NCBI RefSeq assembly: GCF_001457595.1
Contig: NZ_LN831039.1
Span: 6,750,001-6,782,000, forward strand
Direction of reading: 5' to 3'
From: Mycolicibacterium smegmatis
Lineage (GTDB): Bacteria; Actinomycetota; Actinomycetes; Mycobacteriales; Mycobacteriaceae
Length of the DNA: 32,000 nt
The notes beneath the pieces are model-generated. The model ran no database searches. It saw only the letters and a list, made by a program, of their open reading frames with translations, and was not told the origin of the DNA. This document shows, in pieces, positions 1 through 8,705 of this stretch; the first letter of the stretch is position 1; each line of letters begins with the position of its first letter. The position numbers and the translations under genes are program-made.

Positions 1-219
1 TCGACGCCCGCAGACGTCGCACGCGCCAGGAAGTGGTTCACCGAACAGGGCCGCGGCGATCTCGGCGTCACGGTCTCGGGTGTGCCCGGTGACGCGTCGG
101 TGGCCTCGGCGTATCTCGACGCGGGCGCAGGCCGTGTCCTGTTCCACCTCGAACCCGGACCCGAGGACGACGTCCTGCGGGCGTTGGACACCGTCGCGGA
201 CACGGTCCGATCCATCTGA
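1..219 (+). CDS. 3' fragment of a gene that starts upstream of the window; possibly the tail of a luciferase-like/F420-type oxidoreductase
   Basis: Frame 1 is open from the window edge to TGA at 217-219, with GC-rich third codon positions. The tail reads ...SAYLDAGAGRVLFHLEPGPEDDVLRALDTVADTVRSI. The family guess rests only on the look of this C-terminus. Confidence 0.4.
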   Translation, partial: STPADVARARKWFTEQGRGDLGVTVSGVPGDASVASAYLDAGAGRVLFHLEPGPEDDVLRALDTVADTVRSI

Positions 220-307
220 AGGTTCGCCACAGGTATTCCGCACCGGCGGCAGACGCGCGATCCTATGGGGTGACCGTCGACGTACGACAGAGTTGAAGGA
301 GGCCTGC

Positions 308-1054
308 ATGGCAGGCAACACCAGCGTCCCCGGGGCGACCGTGGGAAGCCGACTGCTGGCGGTCCTCGACTGCTTCGACGTCGATCACCGTGAACTCACC
401 CTCACCGAGATCGCGCAACGCGCCGATCTTCCGCTGTCCACCGCACGCAGGCTCATCACCGAGCTCACCGAGTGGGGTGGCCTGGAACGGCTCTCGAGCG
501 GGGGTTACCGGATCGGGGTCCGCCTGTGGCAGGTGGGATCGCTTGCACCCCAGGCCCGTAACCTTCGTGAGGCGGCTCTGCCCCACATGCACGACCTGTT
601 CGAGGCAACCCGCGAGAACGTGCAACTCGCCGTCCTCGACGGGCTCGAGGCGCTGTGCCTCGAGAAGATCACCGGAACCAAGTCCGTGCCCACGGTCACC
701 CATGTCGGCGGACGACTGCCCCTGCACACCACGGGCGTCGGCAAGGTCCTCCTCGCCTTCTCACCCCGCACACTGCTGGAAACCGTTGTGGCACAGGGGC
801 TCGAACGCAGCACCATCCACTCCATCACGGAACCGGGGCGTCTCGCATCGGCGTTGGAACGCGTCCGGCAGACCGGGCTCGCCTACTCATACGAGGAGAT
901 GACGCTCGGCGCGATCTCGGTCGCCAGCCCTATCATCCACGCCGGCAGGTTGTCCGGGGCTGTGAGCATCGTGACACACTCGGGCACGCATCTGGACAGA
1001 CTGGCCCCCGCGGTGCGCACGGCGGCGCTGGGCATCTCGCGCAGCCTGCTCTAA
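308..1054 (+). CDS. IclR-family transcriptional regulator
   Basis: ATG at 308 is preceded by GAAGGAGG (294-301). The N-terminal wHTH reads LLAVLDCF...LTLTEIAQRADLPLSTARRLITEL. The C-terminal effector domain contains GVGKVLLAF...YEEMTLGAISVASPI, typical of IclR. The part of the ORF upstream of 308 looks non-coding. Confidence 0.85.
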   Translation: MAGNTSVPGATVGSRLLAVLDCFDVDHRELTLTEIAQRADLPLSTARRLITELTEWGGLERLSSGGYRIGVRLWQVGSLAPQARNLREAALPHMHDLFEATRENVQLAVLDGLEALCLEKITGTKSVPTVTHVGGRLPLHTTGVGKVLLAFSPRTLLETVVAQGLERSTIHSITEPGRLASALERVRQTGLAYSYEEMTLGAISVASPIIHAGRLSGAVSIVTHSGTHLDRLAPAVRTAALGISRSLL

Positions 1055-1863
1055 CGCAACGGGTCCGCGAAAGCAGCTGTGTAACCGAAGAAGTCGGCCA
1101 TCCCGCCCACCTGCGCGTCGGTCATCTGTGACCCGACCTGCACCGCGCATCCGCGCTGCGTCGCTTCTTTGATCAAAGGTGTCACGGCCGGCTCGGTGAT
1201 CACGTCGGCCACCGCGGCATCGCCACCGACACCGTCCAGATCGACGGGGAGCGGATCGGTGCTGCGCATACCCGCAGGACTGGCGTTGACGATGAGGTCG
1301 TAGCCCCTCCCGAGCGCAGCCACCGGTCGTGACAACACCCCCGTTGCGGACACCCGATCCGCCAGCTCATTCGCACGTGCGCCGTCGACGTCGGAGACAT
1401 CCACCGCACTCGCACCTGTGTCGGCAAGGGCGAGCGCGATGGCAGAACCCGCTCCCCCGCAACCGACCACGAGGGCACGCCTCCCGCCGACCGGGCCGAT
1501 GCCGCCCTCGAACGCGGTCACGAAGCCGACGCCGTCCAACATGTCGGCCACCCAACCACCGCTCTCACCGACCTTCAGGCAGTTGACCGCCCCCACCTGC
1601 CGTGCGCGGTCGGACAGTTCCGTGGCGAACCGCATCGCGGCCGCCTTGTGCGGCACGGTGATGAGCAACCCGTCCAGGTTCCGCCATCGCCGTGCCCCGT
1701 CGAGGAAGGCTTCCAGGTCGGTGGGCCGGACGTGGAAGGGCACACACACCGCGTCGACACCGAGTTCACGGAACACCGTGCCCCACAGCTCGGGTGCGCG
1801 CACCTGTGCGACGGGGTCGCCCACGACGCCCAACAGTCGGGTTCTGCCGGTCGGATCGGTCAC
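1051..1863 (-). CDS. Shikimate/quinate 5-dehydrogenase family protein (AroE/YdiB-like)
   Basis: Motifs seen: LLGVVGDPVAQVRAPELW, ITVPHKAAA (catalytic Lys), GAVNCL, ADMLDGVGF, and the Rossmann segment VVGCGGAGSAIALAL. Its stop overlaps the IclR stop (CTAA at 1051-1054). Confidence 0.8.
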   Translation of the reverse strand: MTDPTGRTRLLGVVGDPVAQVRAPELWGTVFRELGVDAVCVPFHVRPTDLEAFLDGARRWRNLDGLLITVPHKAAAMRFATELSDRARQVGAVNCLKVGESGGWVADMLDGVGFVTAFEGGIGPVGGRRALVVGCGGAGSAIALALADTGASAVDVSDVDGARANELADRVSATGVLSRPVAALGRGYDLIVNASPAGMRSTDPLPVDLDGVGGDAAVADVITEPAVTPLIKEATQRGCAVQVGSQMTDAQVGGMADFFGYTAAFADPLR

Positions 1864-1983
1864 CGCACCATGCTGTCCCTGCGCGGCTCATCCCGCACAG
1901 CGGTCGCTGCCGCTCAGTGGCACCGAGTCGTTCTTGGTCGCCGTGGATCCGCCGTAGCGTCGACCTGACCTGAAAGGGAGAAC

Positions 1984-2889
1984 ATGCTGCACGAGGAGAT
2001 CCGCACCGCGACCGTCAACGACGTCGACCTCGCGTACCGAATCATCGGGGACGGACCCGAACCGATCGTCCTGCTTCACGGTTGGCCGCAGACCGGGCAG
2101 TGCTGGCGGAAAGTCGCGCGCCCGCTTGCCGAGCGGTACACCGTGATCGTGCCGGATCTGCGCGGCTACGGCGCGTCGGGACTTGCCTCGTCCGGATACG
2201 ACAAGCAGACCACCGCGGCCGATCTCAGTGCGCTACTGCGGCACCTGGGTCTCGACAGTGCCGTCGTCGTCGGACACGACCGAGGGGCGCGGGTCGCGCA
2301 CCGGTGGGCACTGGACCGTCCGTCGGAGATCAGCGCGCTCGCTCTGCTCGATGTGCTGCCGACACGGGTCGTGATGCGCTCGTTCGACCGGCAGTCCGCA
2401 ACCACGATGTGGCACTGGTTCTTCCACCTGCAACCGGACCTCCCCGAACTGCTCGTGGCCGGCAACACCGAGGCCTACCTGCGGTACTTCCTGCGCGGGG
2501 TGCTCGAATCGGGTGCCGTCGACGAGCCGACCTTCCGGCACTACGTCGACGCCTACTCCGATCCGGCACACCTGACGGCCACGTTCGAGGACTACCGCGC
2601 CGGTTTCACCACCGATCTCGCGCTGGACGACGCCGACCATGCACGCGGTGTGCGGTTGCAGTGTCCGCTGCTGCTGTTGTGGGGCGCCGAGGGCGCGCTC
2701 GCCAGCGCCGACGTGCTGGGCATCTGGCGTGAGCACCACGCGGATCCGGCAGCGGTCACCGGAACACCCGTTCCCGGTGGGCACTACGTACCCGAAGAGG
2801 CGCCGCAGGCGGTGCTCGACGCCCTGCACCACTTCCTCGAGATGTCCCCCGATATGTCACCCGGAAAGGAGCCGAACCCATGCGGCTAG
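1984..2889 (+). CDS. Alpha/beta hydrolase with an Asp nucleophile (haloacetate dehalogenase/epoxide hydrolase family)
   Basis: RBS GGGAG lies upstream of ATG 1984. Motifs seen: [31 protein letters not shown] (G-H-D-x-G nucleophile elbow), [19 protein letters not shown]. Confidence 0.8.
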   Translation: MLHEEIRTATVNDVDLAYRIIGDGPEPIVLLHGWPQTGQCWRKVARPLAERYTVIVPDLRGYGASGLASSGYDKQTTAADLSALLRHLGLDSAVVVGHDRGARVAHRWALDRPSEISALALLDVLPTRVVMRSFDRQSATTMWHWFFHLQPDLPELLVAGNTEAYLRYFLRGVLESGAVDEPTFRHYVDAYSDPAHLTATFEDYRAGFTTDLALDDADHARGVRLQCPLLLLWGAEGALASADVLGIWREHHADPAAVTGTPVPGGHYVPEEAPQAVLDALHHFLEMSPDMSPGKEPNPCG

Positions 2890-3632
2890 CAGGCAAGATC
2901 GCCCTCATCACCGGCGCGGCGAACGGAATGGGTTGTGCCACGGCGGAAACCTTCAGCCGGCAGGGCGCCACCGTGGTGATCGCCGATGTGGACGACGAAG
3001 ACGGCCTCCAGGTGGCCAAACAGATCGGCACCTCCGGCGGCACGGCTCATTTCGTCCACCTCGACGTCACCGACGAAACGGCGTGGGCCTGCGCGGTCGA
3101 GGACGTGCTCGGCCGATACGAGCGCCTCGACATCCTGGTGAACAACGCGGGTATCAGTGGCACCTTCGACCCCGACCTCACCAGCACCGCGTTCTTCGAC
3201 CGGCTGATCGCGGTGAACGCCCGCGGTGTGTTCCTCGGTATCAAACACGGCGCGGCCGCGATGAAGCACACCGGAGGCGGGTCGATCGTCAACCTGTCCT
3301 CGATATCGGCGCACATCGGCCAACTCGGTGTCCACCTCGGATACGGCGCGTCCAAGGCCGCGGTGAAAGCCATGACCACCACTGCGGCAGTGCATTACGC
3401 CGCCGACGGCATCCGCGTGAACGCCGTCGCACCCGGGATGTTGCCGCCGATGCAGACCTCGCGCGGTTCCGCCGATCCGGCGTGGCGCGCCAAGCAGATC
3501 GACGGGGTGCCGTTGAAGCGTGAAGGCCACGTGCAGGAGGTCGCCGACGCGGTGCTGTTCCTGGCAAGCGACGAATCCTCGTACATCACCGGTACCGAAC
3601 TGATGGTCGACGGCGGACTGACCGCTGTCTGA
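2880..3632 (+). CDS. SDR-family oxidoreductase (classical short-chain dehydrogenase)
   Basis: Motifs seen: [13 protein letters not shown] (TGxxxGxG), NNAG, and S...YGASKAAV (catalytic YxxxK). The start overlaps the upstream gene by 10 nt. Confidence 0.85.
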   Translation: MRLAGKIALITGAANGMGCATAETFSRQGATVVIADVDDEDGLQVAKQIGTSGGTAHFVHLDVTDETAWACAVEDVLGRYERLDILVNNAGISGTFDPDLTSTAFFDRLIAVNARGVFLGIKHGAAAMKHTGGGSIVNLSSISAHIGQLGVHLGYGASKAAVKAMTTTAAVHYAADGIRVNAVAPGMLPPMQTSRGSADPAWRAKQIDGVPLKREGHVQEVADAVLFLASDESSYITGTELMVDGGLTAV

Positions 3633-3651
3633 ACAACGAAAGGACCTACAA

Positions 3652-4500
3652 GTGAATGATTCCCGGAATTCCGGCACGCTGGCGGTGTTGGTTCACGGCG
3701 CCTGGCACTCGTCGCTCCACTGGGCCGCCGCGCAGCGCGGCCTGGCTCGGCGAGGCGTCGCGAGCATTGCCGTCGATCTTCCCGGTCACGGACTCGACGC
3801 ACCGGTACCGTCGGGCTACCTGACCGCGGGCCAGCCAGGGCTGGAAACCGAGAAGTCCGCGCTCGCGGACATCACGATGGATGACCTCGCCGACGCGGTC
3901 GTCGATGCCCTGGCGGAAGTCCGAAGCCGCTTCGCGCGTGTGCTGCTCGTGGCCCACAGCGCCGGCGGCGGCCCGGCCTCGCTGGCGGCCGAGAAGGCCC
4001 CCGAACTCGTCGACCACCTGGTGTATCTCGCGGCGTTCGTGCCTGCCGCACGCCCACGCTTCACCGACTACATCAACGCACCTGAGAACGCCGATGTCGT
4101 GGCGCTGCCCATCTTCTCCGATCCGGCAAACCTCGGCGCTCATCGTCTGAACCCGCTGTCCTCCGATGCGATCGAGGTGGACGCGATCCGGCGTGCATTC
4201 CTCACCGATATGCCACCGGACGCGCCCGAGGGATGGCGCCATCTGCTGCATCCCGACGAACCGTATGCGAGCCTCAGCGCCCCGGTGCCGGTCACCCCGC
4301 GACGGTGGGGACGGATCCCCCGCACCTACATCCGACTCGACGGTGACCGGGCGCTGGCGCCCACCACCCAGAACCTGATGATCGCCGAGGCAGACCGACT
4401 CACGCCCGACAATCCGTTCGGCGTTCGGTCGCTGCCGGGCGACCACTCCCCGATGGTGCACCGCCCCGGCGAACTCGCCGACCTGCTGGCCGGCATCTGA
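3652..4500 (+). CDS. Alpha/beta hydrolase, Ser-nucleophile esterase (methylesterase/SABP2-like)
   Basis: GTG at 3652 with AAAGGA 9 nt upstream. Motifs seen: LVHGAWHSSLHW, DLPGHG, LVAHSAGG (nucleophile elbow), and C-terminal GDHSPM (His). Confidence 0.7.
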   Translation: MNDSRNSGTLAVLVHGAWHSSLHWAAAQRGLARRGVASIAVDLPGHGLDAPVPSGYLTAGQPGLETEKSALADITMDDLADAVVDALAEVRSRFARVLLVAHSAGGGPASLAAEKAPELVDHLVYLAAFVPAARPRFTDYINAPENADVVALPIFSDPANLGAHRLNPLSSDAIEVDAIRRAFLTDMPPDAPEGWRHLLHPDEPYASLSAPVPVTPRRWGRIPRTYIRLDGDRALAPTTQNLMIAEADRLTPDNPFGVRSLPGDHSPMVHRPGELADLLAGI

Positions 4501-4513
4501 CCGCTCACGAGAA

Positions 4514-4543
4514 AGCCGCCCCGGTTGTCCAACCGGGGCGGCT
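4514..4543. terminator. Bidirectional intrinsic terminator-like hairpin between convergent genes
   Basis: AGCCGCCCCGGTTG (4514-4527) is perfectly complementary to CAACCGGGGCGGCT (4530-4543). CTCGTTT follows on the + strand and TTCTCGTG follows on the - strand. The hairpin sits in the 54-nt gap between the stops at 4500 and 4555. Confidence 0.7.
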
Positions 4544-4554
4544 CTCGTTTGCCC

Positions 4555-5922
4555 TCATGCGGGCAGTTGCGCCTCCGTCGACCGCGGGGATGCCGTTTGG
4601 GCGCGACCGGCGGTACGCGCCTTCCTGCCCTTGGTGACGACGGCCGCGATGCAGACCGCCACGGGGATCAACAGAGTGAGGAACACCTGCTGGTAATGCA
4701 TGCCGAAGGCGACGAGCACCGTCCCCGCCGCGGCCCCTGCGATGGCGCCGAACCGAGCGACGCCGGTGGCCCAACTGGTGCCGGTGGCGCGAATCGCGGT
4801 CGGATAGAACGCCGCCGACAGGATCGGGAACCCGGTCGCGACGGAGTTGGTGAACATACCGAGCACGAATATCAGGACACCGATGACCACGACCTCCTGA
4901 GGAGCGACCGCGATGAGCGCCAACAGCACACCCGCGCAGCCCATCCCGATCGCGACGATGCGGTGCAGGCCGAACCGGTCCATCAGCCAGCCGATCCCGA
5001 TGTTGCCGATCGTGCCGCCGACCTGCAGCAGCAGGCCGATCGTGGCAGCCGTGCTCAGGGCGAATCCGACGTCGGTCATGAGGATGGGCAGCCAGCTGTT
5101 CATCAGGTAGACGATGAAGAACGCGGCGATGAAGCCGACCCAGATGGTCAGGGTGCCCAACCGGAAGCGCGGCACCAGCAGAGCCACGAACGGTGCGCGG
5201 TTGCCTGCCGGTGGCTCGTCGAGCGTGAACTGTGCGTCGGGCGGAATATGGTCCGGGACAATCCTGCTCATGAGTGTGCTGAGTTCCGCGCGGCGCTGCG
5301 GAACACGGGCCAGGTATTTCGGTGACTCCGGCAACGCGACGGCCACCACCACGGCATACACCACCGGCAGCACACCGCCGACGATCAGCACCCAGTGCCA
5401 GCTCGCGATCTCCACGATGACGCTCGTGAGATAACCCGCGATCGCCGAGCCCAGCGTCATACCGCAGTAGGTGATCGCCATCATCGCGCTGCGGCGCCGC
5501 GCCGGTGCGTACTCGGAGACCAGGGTCGTCGCGTTCGGCATGGCTGCGCCCAGACCGAATCCGGTGAGCACCCGCAGGATCGAGAACGCGACCACTCCGC
5601 TCGTCAGTGCCGTCGCGGTGCACATGACACCGAAGAACACCAGCGACCCGATGATGATCTTGCGACGGCCGAACCGGTCCGCCAGCGGACCTGCGACCAG
5701 CGAACCGACCGCCAGCCCCAGCAGCCCGCTGGTCACCACGGGCCCGAGCTGGGCCTTGGAGATACCCCAGTCCGCGATCAGTGACGGGGCGATGAAACTC
5801 ACGACGGCGACGTCGATTCCGTCGAGGACCAGTACGCCGAAACACAACATCAGCACTCGTCGTTGGAGGCGTCCGACGGGGTGACGGTCGATGACGCTCT
5901 GCAGCTCCAAGGTGGGTGGCAT
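4555..5922 (-). CDS. MFS transporter, aromatic acid:H+ symporter (AAHS/PcaK-like) family
   Basis: 455 aa, about 12 TM. Motifs seen: LDGIDVAVVSFIAPSL, GPLADRFGRRK (MFS loop 2-3 motif), and WLPILM...GWLMDRFG in the second half. AAGGA RBS lies 7 nt upstream, 9 nt after the maleylacetate reductase stop. Confidence 0.85.
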   Translation of the reverse strand: MPPTLELQSVIDRHPVGRLQRRVLMLCFGVLVLDGIDVAVVSFIAPSLIADWGISKAQLGPVVTSGLLGLAVGSLVAGPLADRFGRRKIIIGSLVFFGVMCTATALTSGVVAFSILRVLTGFGLGAAMPNATTLVSEYAPARRRSAMMAITYCGMTLGSAIAGYLTSVIVEIASWHWVLIVGGVLPVVYAVVVAVALPESPKYLARVPQRRAELSTLMSRIVPDHIPPDAQFTLDEPPAGNRAPFVALLVPRFRLGTLTIWVGFIAAFFIVYLMNSWLPILMTDVGFALSTAATIGLLLQVGGTIGNIGIGWLMDRFGLHRIVAIGMGCAGVLLALIAVAPQEVVVIGVLIFVLGMFTNSVATGFPILSAAFYPTAIRATGTSWATGVARFGAIAGAAAGTVLVAFGMHYQQVFLTLLIPVAVCIAAVVTKGRKARTAGRAQTASPRSTEAQLPA

Positions 5923-5931
5923 CGTAGATCC

Positions 5932-7017
5932 TTATCGTAGGGTCGGGTTGGTGGCGGGGCGGGGAATCACGCCGGCGAAGGCGTTGCTGAGAAGTCCGCG
6001 CAGGTCGGCTTCCGTGACGCGGACCGGGTTGTGGTACGGCGCGCTGAGTACCTGCCGCACAACGGTTTCCATACCGTCCTCAGGCATGCCGAGATTCTTC
6101 AGCGCCATCTCGGGCCCCAGGTCCCGGGCCAGTTCGAACAGTCGCGAAGCCGGGTCGTCGGCGCCGACCGCGCGCTGCAAGGCGGCGCGGGCGTGCGGTG
6201 CGGCCGTGAGGTTGAGCGCCAGCGCGTGGGGCAGGACCGCGGTATGGGTTTCTGCGTGTGGGAGATCGAAGGTGCCGCCGAGGATGTGGCACAGCTGGTG
6301 GTGCAGCGACATCGTGGTCGCACCGAGCGTCATGCCCGCCAGCCACGCCCCGTACAGCGCCTCCGACCTCGCGTCGAGATCGTCGGGCTCCGCGACCAGG
6401 CGGGGCAACGCCTCGATGAGTGCCCGCACCGATTCGGTCGCCACCAGCGCGGTCACCGGCGAGCAGTCCGGTGCGTACAGGGCCTCCGCTGAGTGCGCGA
6501 TCGCGTTGAACCCGCTCACGACCGCGGTCGCAGGCGGCAGCGGCAGGGTCAGTTCCGGGTCGTACACCACCGTGGCGGGCAGCACACGCTCGTCACGGCC
6601 GGTGCTCTTGCGTTCGGCATCGGTCACACCCCACACCGTCGTCATCTCCGAACCGGCGTAAGTCGTGGGCACTGCGACCATCGGGATACCGGTTTCGCGG
6701 GCAACGGCTTTCGCGAGGCCGATCGCCGATCCACCTCCGATGGCCAGGCACCCGTCGGCGTTCACACACCGGGCCTTGGCGACGGCCGCGTCGGCGACCG
6801 CGCGCGGGACGTGCATCACCGCATGCGGGTGGATCGCGGCGACCGTCTCGCCGAGCGGTGCGGTGACCGCTTGCGCCAGCCCGGCCTGCCGGGGCGTGCA
6901 CACCACGAGCAGCCTGCGTATCGCCAGTCGCGTCACTTCGCGCTGCAGTAGGTTCACCGCACCCGGCGCGAAAACCACGCGCGCCGCATGTGTTTCGTGC
7001 GTGAAGTCGCGGATCAT
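5932..7017 (-). CDS. Maleylacetate reductase (iron-containing alcohol dehydrogenase family)
   Basis: The true start MIRDFTHE... is at 7017 (ATGA overlap with the upstream stop). Motifs seen: IGGGSAIGLAKAVA, VAVPTTYAGSEMT, GFNAIAHSAEALY, HHQLCHILGG..LPHAETHT. The 676-aa ORF in the track is a frame run-on through the neighbouring gene. Confidence 0.85.
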   Translation of the reverse strand: MIRDFTHETHAARVVFAPGAVNLLQREVTRLAIRRLLVVCTPRQAGLAQAVTAPLGETVAAIHPHAVMHVPRAVADAAVAKARCVNADGCLAIGGGSAIGLAKAVARETGIPMVAVPTTYAGSEMTTVWGVTDAERKSTGRDERVLPATVVYDPELTLPLPPATAVVSGFNAIAHSAEALYAPDCSPVTALVATESVRALIEALPRLVAEPDDLDARSEALYGAWLAGMTLGATTMSLHHQLCHILGGTFDLPHAETHTAVLPHALALNLTAAPHARAALQRAVGADDPASRLFELARDLGPEMALKNLGMPEDGMETVVRQVLSAPYHNPVRVTEADLRGLLSNAFAGVIPRPATNPTLR

Positions 7018-7889
7018 GCCGTCACCGGGTCCAGGACGACGTCGAATTCGATGAGTCGGAACGGATTCGGCACCCGATAACGCTCGGCGCGCGTCGGGTC
7101 GTCCACCACGACCACCGGTCGGATCAACGACTGCTTCACGCCGAACACGGTGTCGGAGTCCAGGTACGGGCTGTCCTCGACGAACACGTGGGTGGTCACC
7201 GGCGCGTGACCTTCGGCGTCGGCGATCACGTGGATGTGGGCCGGCCGGTAGGGATGGCGCTTTGTGGCTGCCAGCAGTCGGCCCACGGGACCATCGTCGG
7301 GGATCGGGTAGTACCGCGGGACCACCGTCTGCAGCCAGAACCGGCCTTCGTGGTCCGCGACGAACAGGCCGCGGAGGTTGCGTTCGGGCTGCACATCGGG
7401 TTGCTGCACGTCGTAGAAGCCCGCACCGTTGGCCTGCCACACGTCGACGCGGGCGCCCGCCAACGGGTCCCCGCCCACCGACCGGACCTGACCGGCGAAC
7501 ACACACGGCTCTCCCACGGCGTCGAGGGAGATGTTGGCGCCGAGATCGCGTGCCGGAGAGGGGACCATGTGGAACGGCCCGAGAACCGTGGTGTCGGTGG
7601 CGGACTCGGATCTGCGGTTGTTGATCACGTCGACGAGCATCGACACTCCCAGCACGTCGGAGAGCAGCACGAATTCCTGGCGGGTCGCGTCGCACATGTG
7701 CCCCACGGCGGTCAGGAACTCGACGCCCCGTTCCCACTCGGCGTGGGTGGGCTCGACGTCCCTGATGAACGCGTGCAGATGCTCGACGAGGCTGCTCAGG
7801 ACGGTTTTGAGCCGCTCGTCGGGGGTGTCGCGGAAACTGTCGACGACCACCTCGGCCGAGTTCTCCTCGTGCAGTCCGGCGACGCTCAT
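7014..7889 (-). CDS. Intradiol ring-cleavage dioxygenase, hydroxyquinol (1,2,4-benzenetriol) 1,2-dioxygenase type
   Basis: Motifs seen: TVLGPFH, VDVWQANGAGFYD, NLRGLF.AD..GRFW..TV.P..YPIP.DGP, and RPAHIHV (Fe ligands). It is followed directly by a maleylacetate reductase. I prefer the start at 7889 (ATGA overlap with the upstream stop, GGGAG RBS). An alternative ATG at 7925 also has a GAGGG RBS. Confidence 0.8.
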   Translation of the reverse strand: MSVAGLHEENSAEVVVDSFRDTPDERLKTVLSSLVEHLHAFIRDVEPTHAEWERGVEFLTAVGHMCDATRQEFVLLSDVLGVSMLVDVINNRRSESATDTTVLGPFHMVPSPARDLGANISLDAVGEPCVFAGQVRSVGGDPLAGARVDVWQANGAGFYDVQQPDVQPERNLRGLFVADHEGRFWLQTVVPRYYPIPDDGPVGRLLAATKRHPYRPAHIHVIADAEGHAPVTTHVFVEDSPYLDSDTVFGVKQSLIRPVVVVDDPTRAERYRVPNPFRLIEFDVVLDPVTA

Positions 7890-8503
7890 CGCGGATCTCC
7901 CGCGGTTTGCGATCCGGCCAGCCATTTCTCGCCCTCTTGGTAGAGGCGCTCGACGGCCTCACCCTTCAGACCGGGTAGGCCCGGTTTCACCGTGAAGCCT
8001 GCCTTGGTCTGCAGGTAGCCCAGATGGCGGTAACCGGCCGGGAACCGCCTCAGCAGATCGGCGTCGAGCTCCAGCGTGGTCGACGGGTCGACCACGTCCA
8101 GCCGGTCCTTCTCGTAGATGGGCTGACGACGCACGATGGTCCAGCTGTCCCCGTGCCAGCCGAGAAAGTCGTAGAAGCGGCCCGTGCAGGTGACGTCGAC
8201 CTCCACACCATCCACCGATGCCCGTTGGCTGATCGTCATCTTGGTCTGGGCCACCGCGCGATCGCCGACGACGTCGGCGGTGTGCCCGCCGAGGAAATGC
8301 AGGATCGATACGCCGGCGTCGAAACCACGGCGGCTCTGCTCGATGAATTCCGCTGCCGGTCCCTGGAACCATGTGGCGCTCATCCAGCCGTCCACGGGGT
8401 GCCACACCGTCGCGAACCGCTCCCAGTCGCCGGCATCGCGCCAGAGGGCCCAGTTCTCGATCAGCGCGCGGATCGCGATCCGGTCCGATTCTGGATTCGG
8501 CAT
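7886..8503 (-). CDS. NTF2-fold / SnoaL-like protein of unknown function
   Basis: ATG at 8503 with GGAGG 6 nt upstream. MPNPESDRIAIRALIENWALWRDAGDWERFATVWH...W matches the SnoaL_4/NTF2-like pattern. 205 aa. It is translationally coupled to the dioxygenase. Confidence 0.65.
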   Translation of the reverse strand: MPNPESDRIAIRALIENWALWRDAGDWERFATVWHPVDGWMSATWFQGPAAEFIEQSRRGFDAGVSILHFLGGHTADVVGDRAVAQTKMTISQRASVDGVEVDVTCTGRFYDFLGWHGDSWTIVRRQPIYEKDRLDVVDPSTTLELDADLLRRFPAGYRHLGYLQTKAGFTVKPGLPGLKGEAVERLYQEGEKWLAGSQTAGDPR

Positions 8504-8705
8504 TTGACCTCCAAATGTGTGGGTGGGTGTGAAGACTCGATGTGCTGCACTGCATGGTGCGACCCGCGCCGAAACACAGGACACAGTCGGCTGCCACTGA
8601 GCGGCAGCGGAGGGAGGGCAGATTCTGCCGCCGCGCCTACAGTCACAGAAACGGGATACGACCGATCGGATCCTGTTGGCCCAGCAGAGAGGGATTTCCA
8701 AGCCC

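Noticed and set aside
5932-7962. A 676-aa ORF that appears to span both the maleylacetate reductase and the dioxygenase region as one giant protein.
   Set aside because: Only the C-terminal 361 aa (from MIRDFTHE at 7017) look like a real protein. The N-terminal part is Arg/Pro/Gly-rich run-on in an alternative frame of the dioxygenase gene, which is typical of high-GC DNA.
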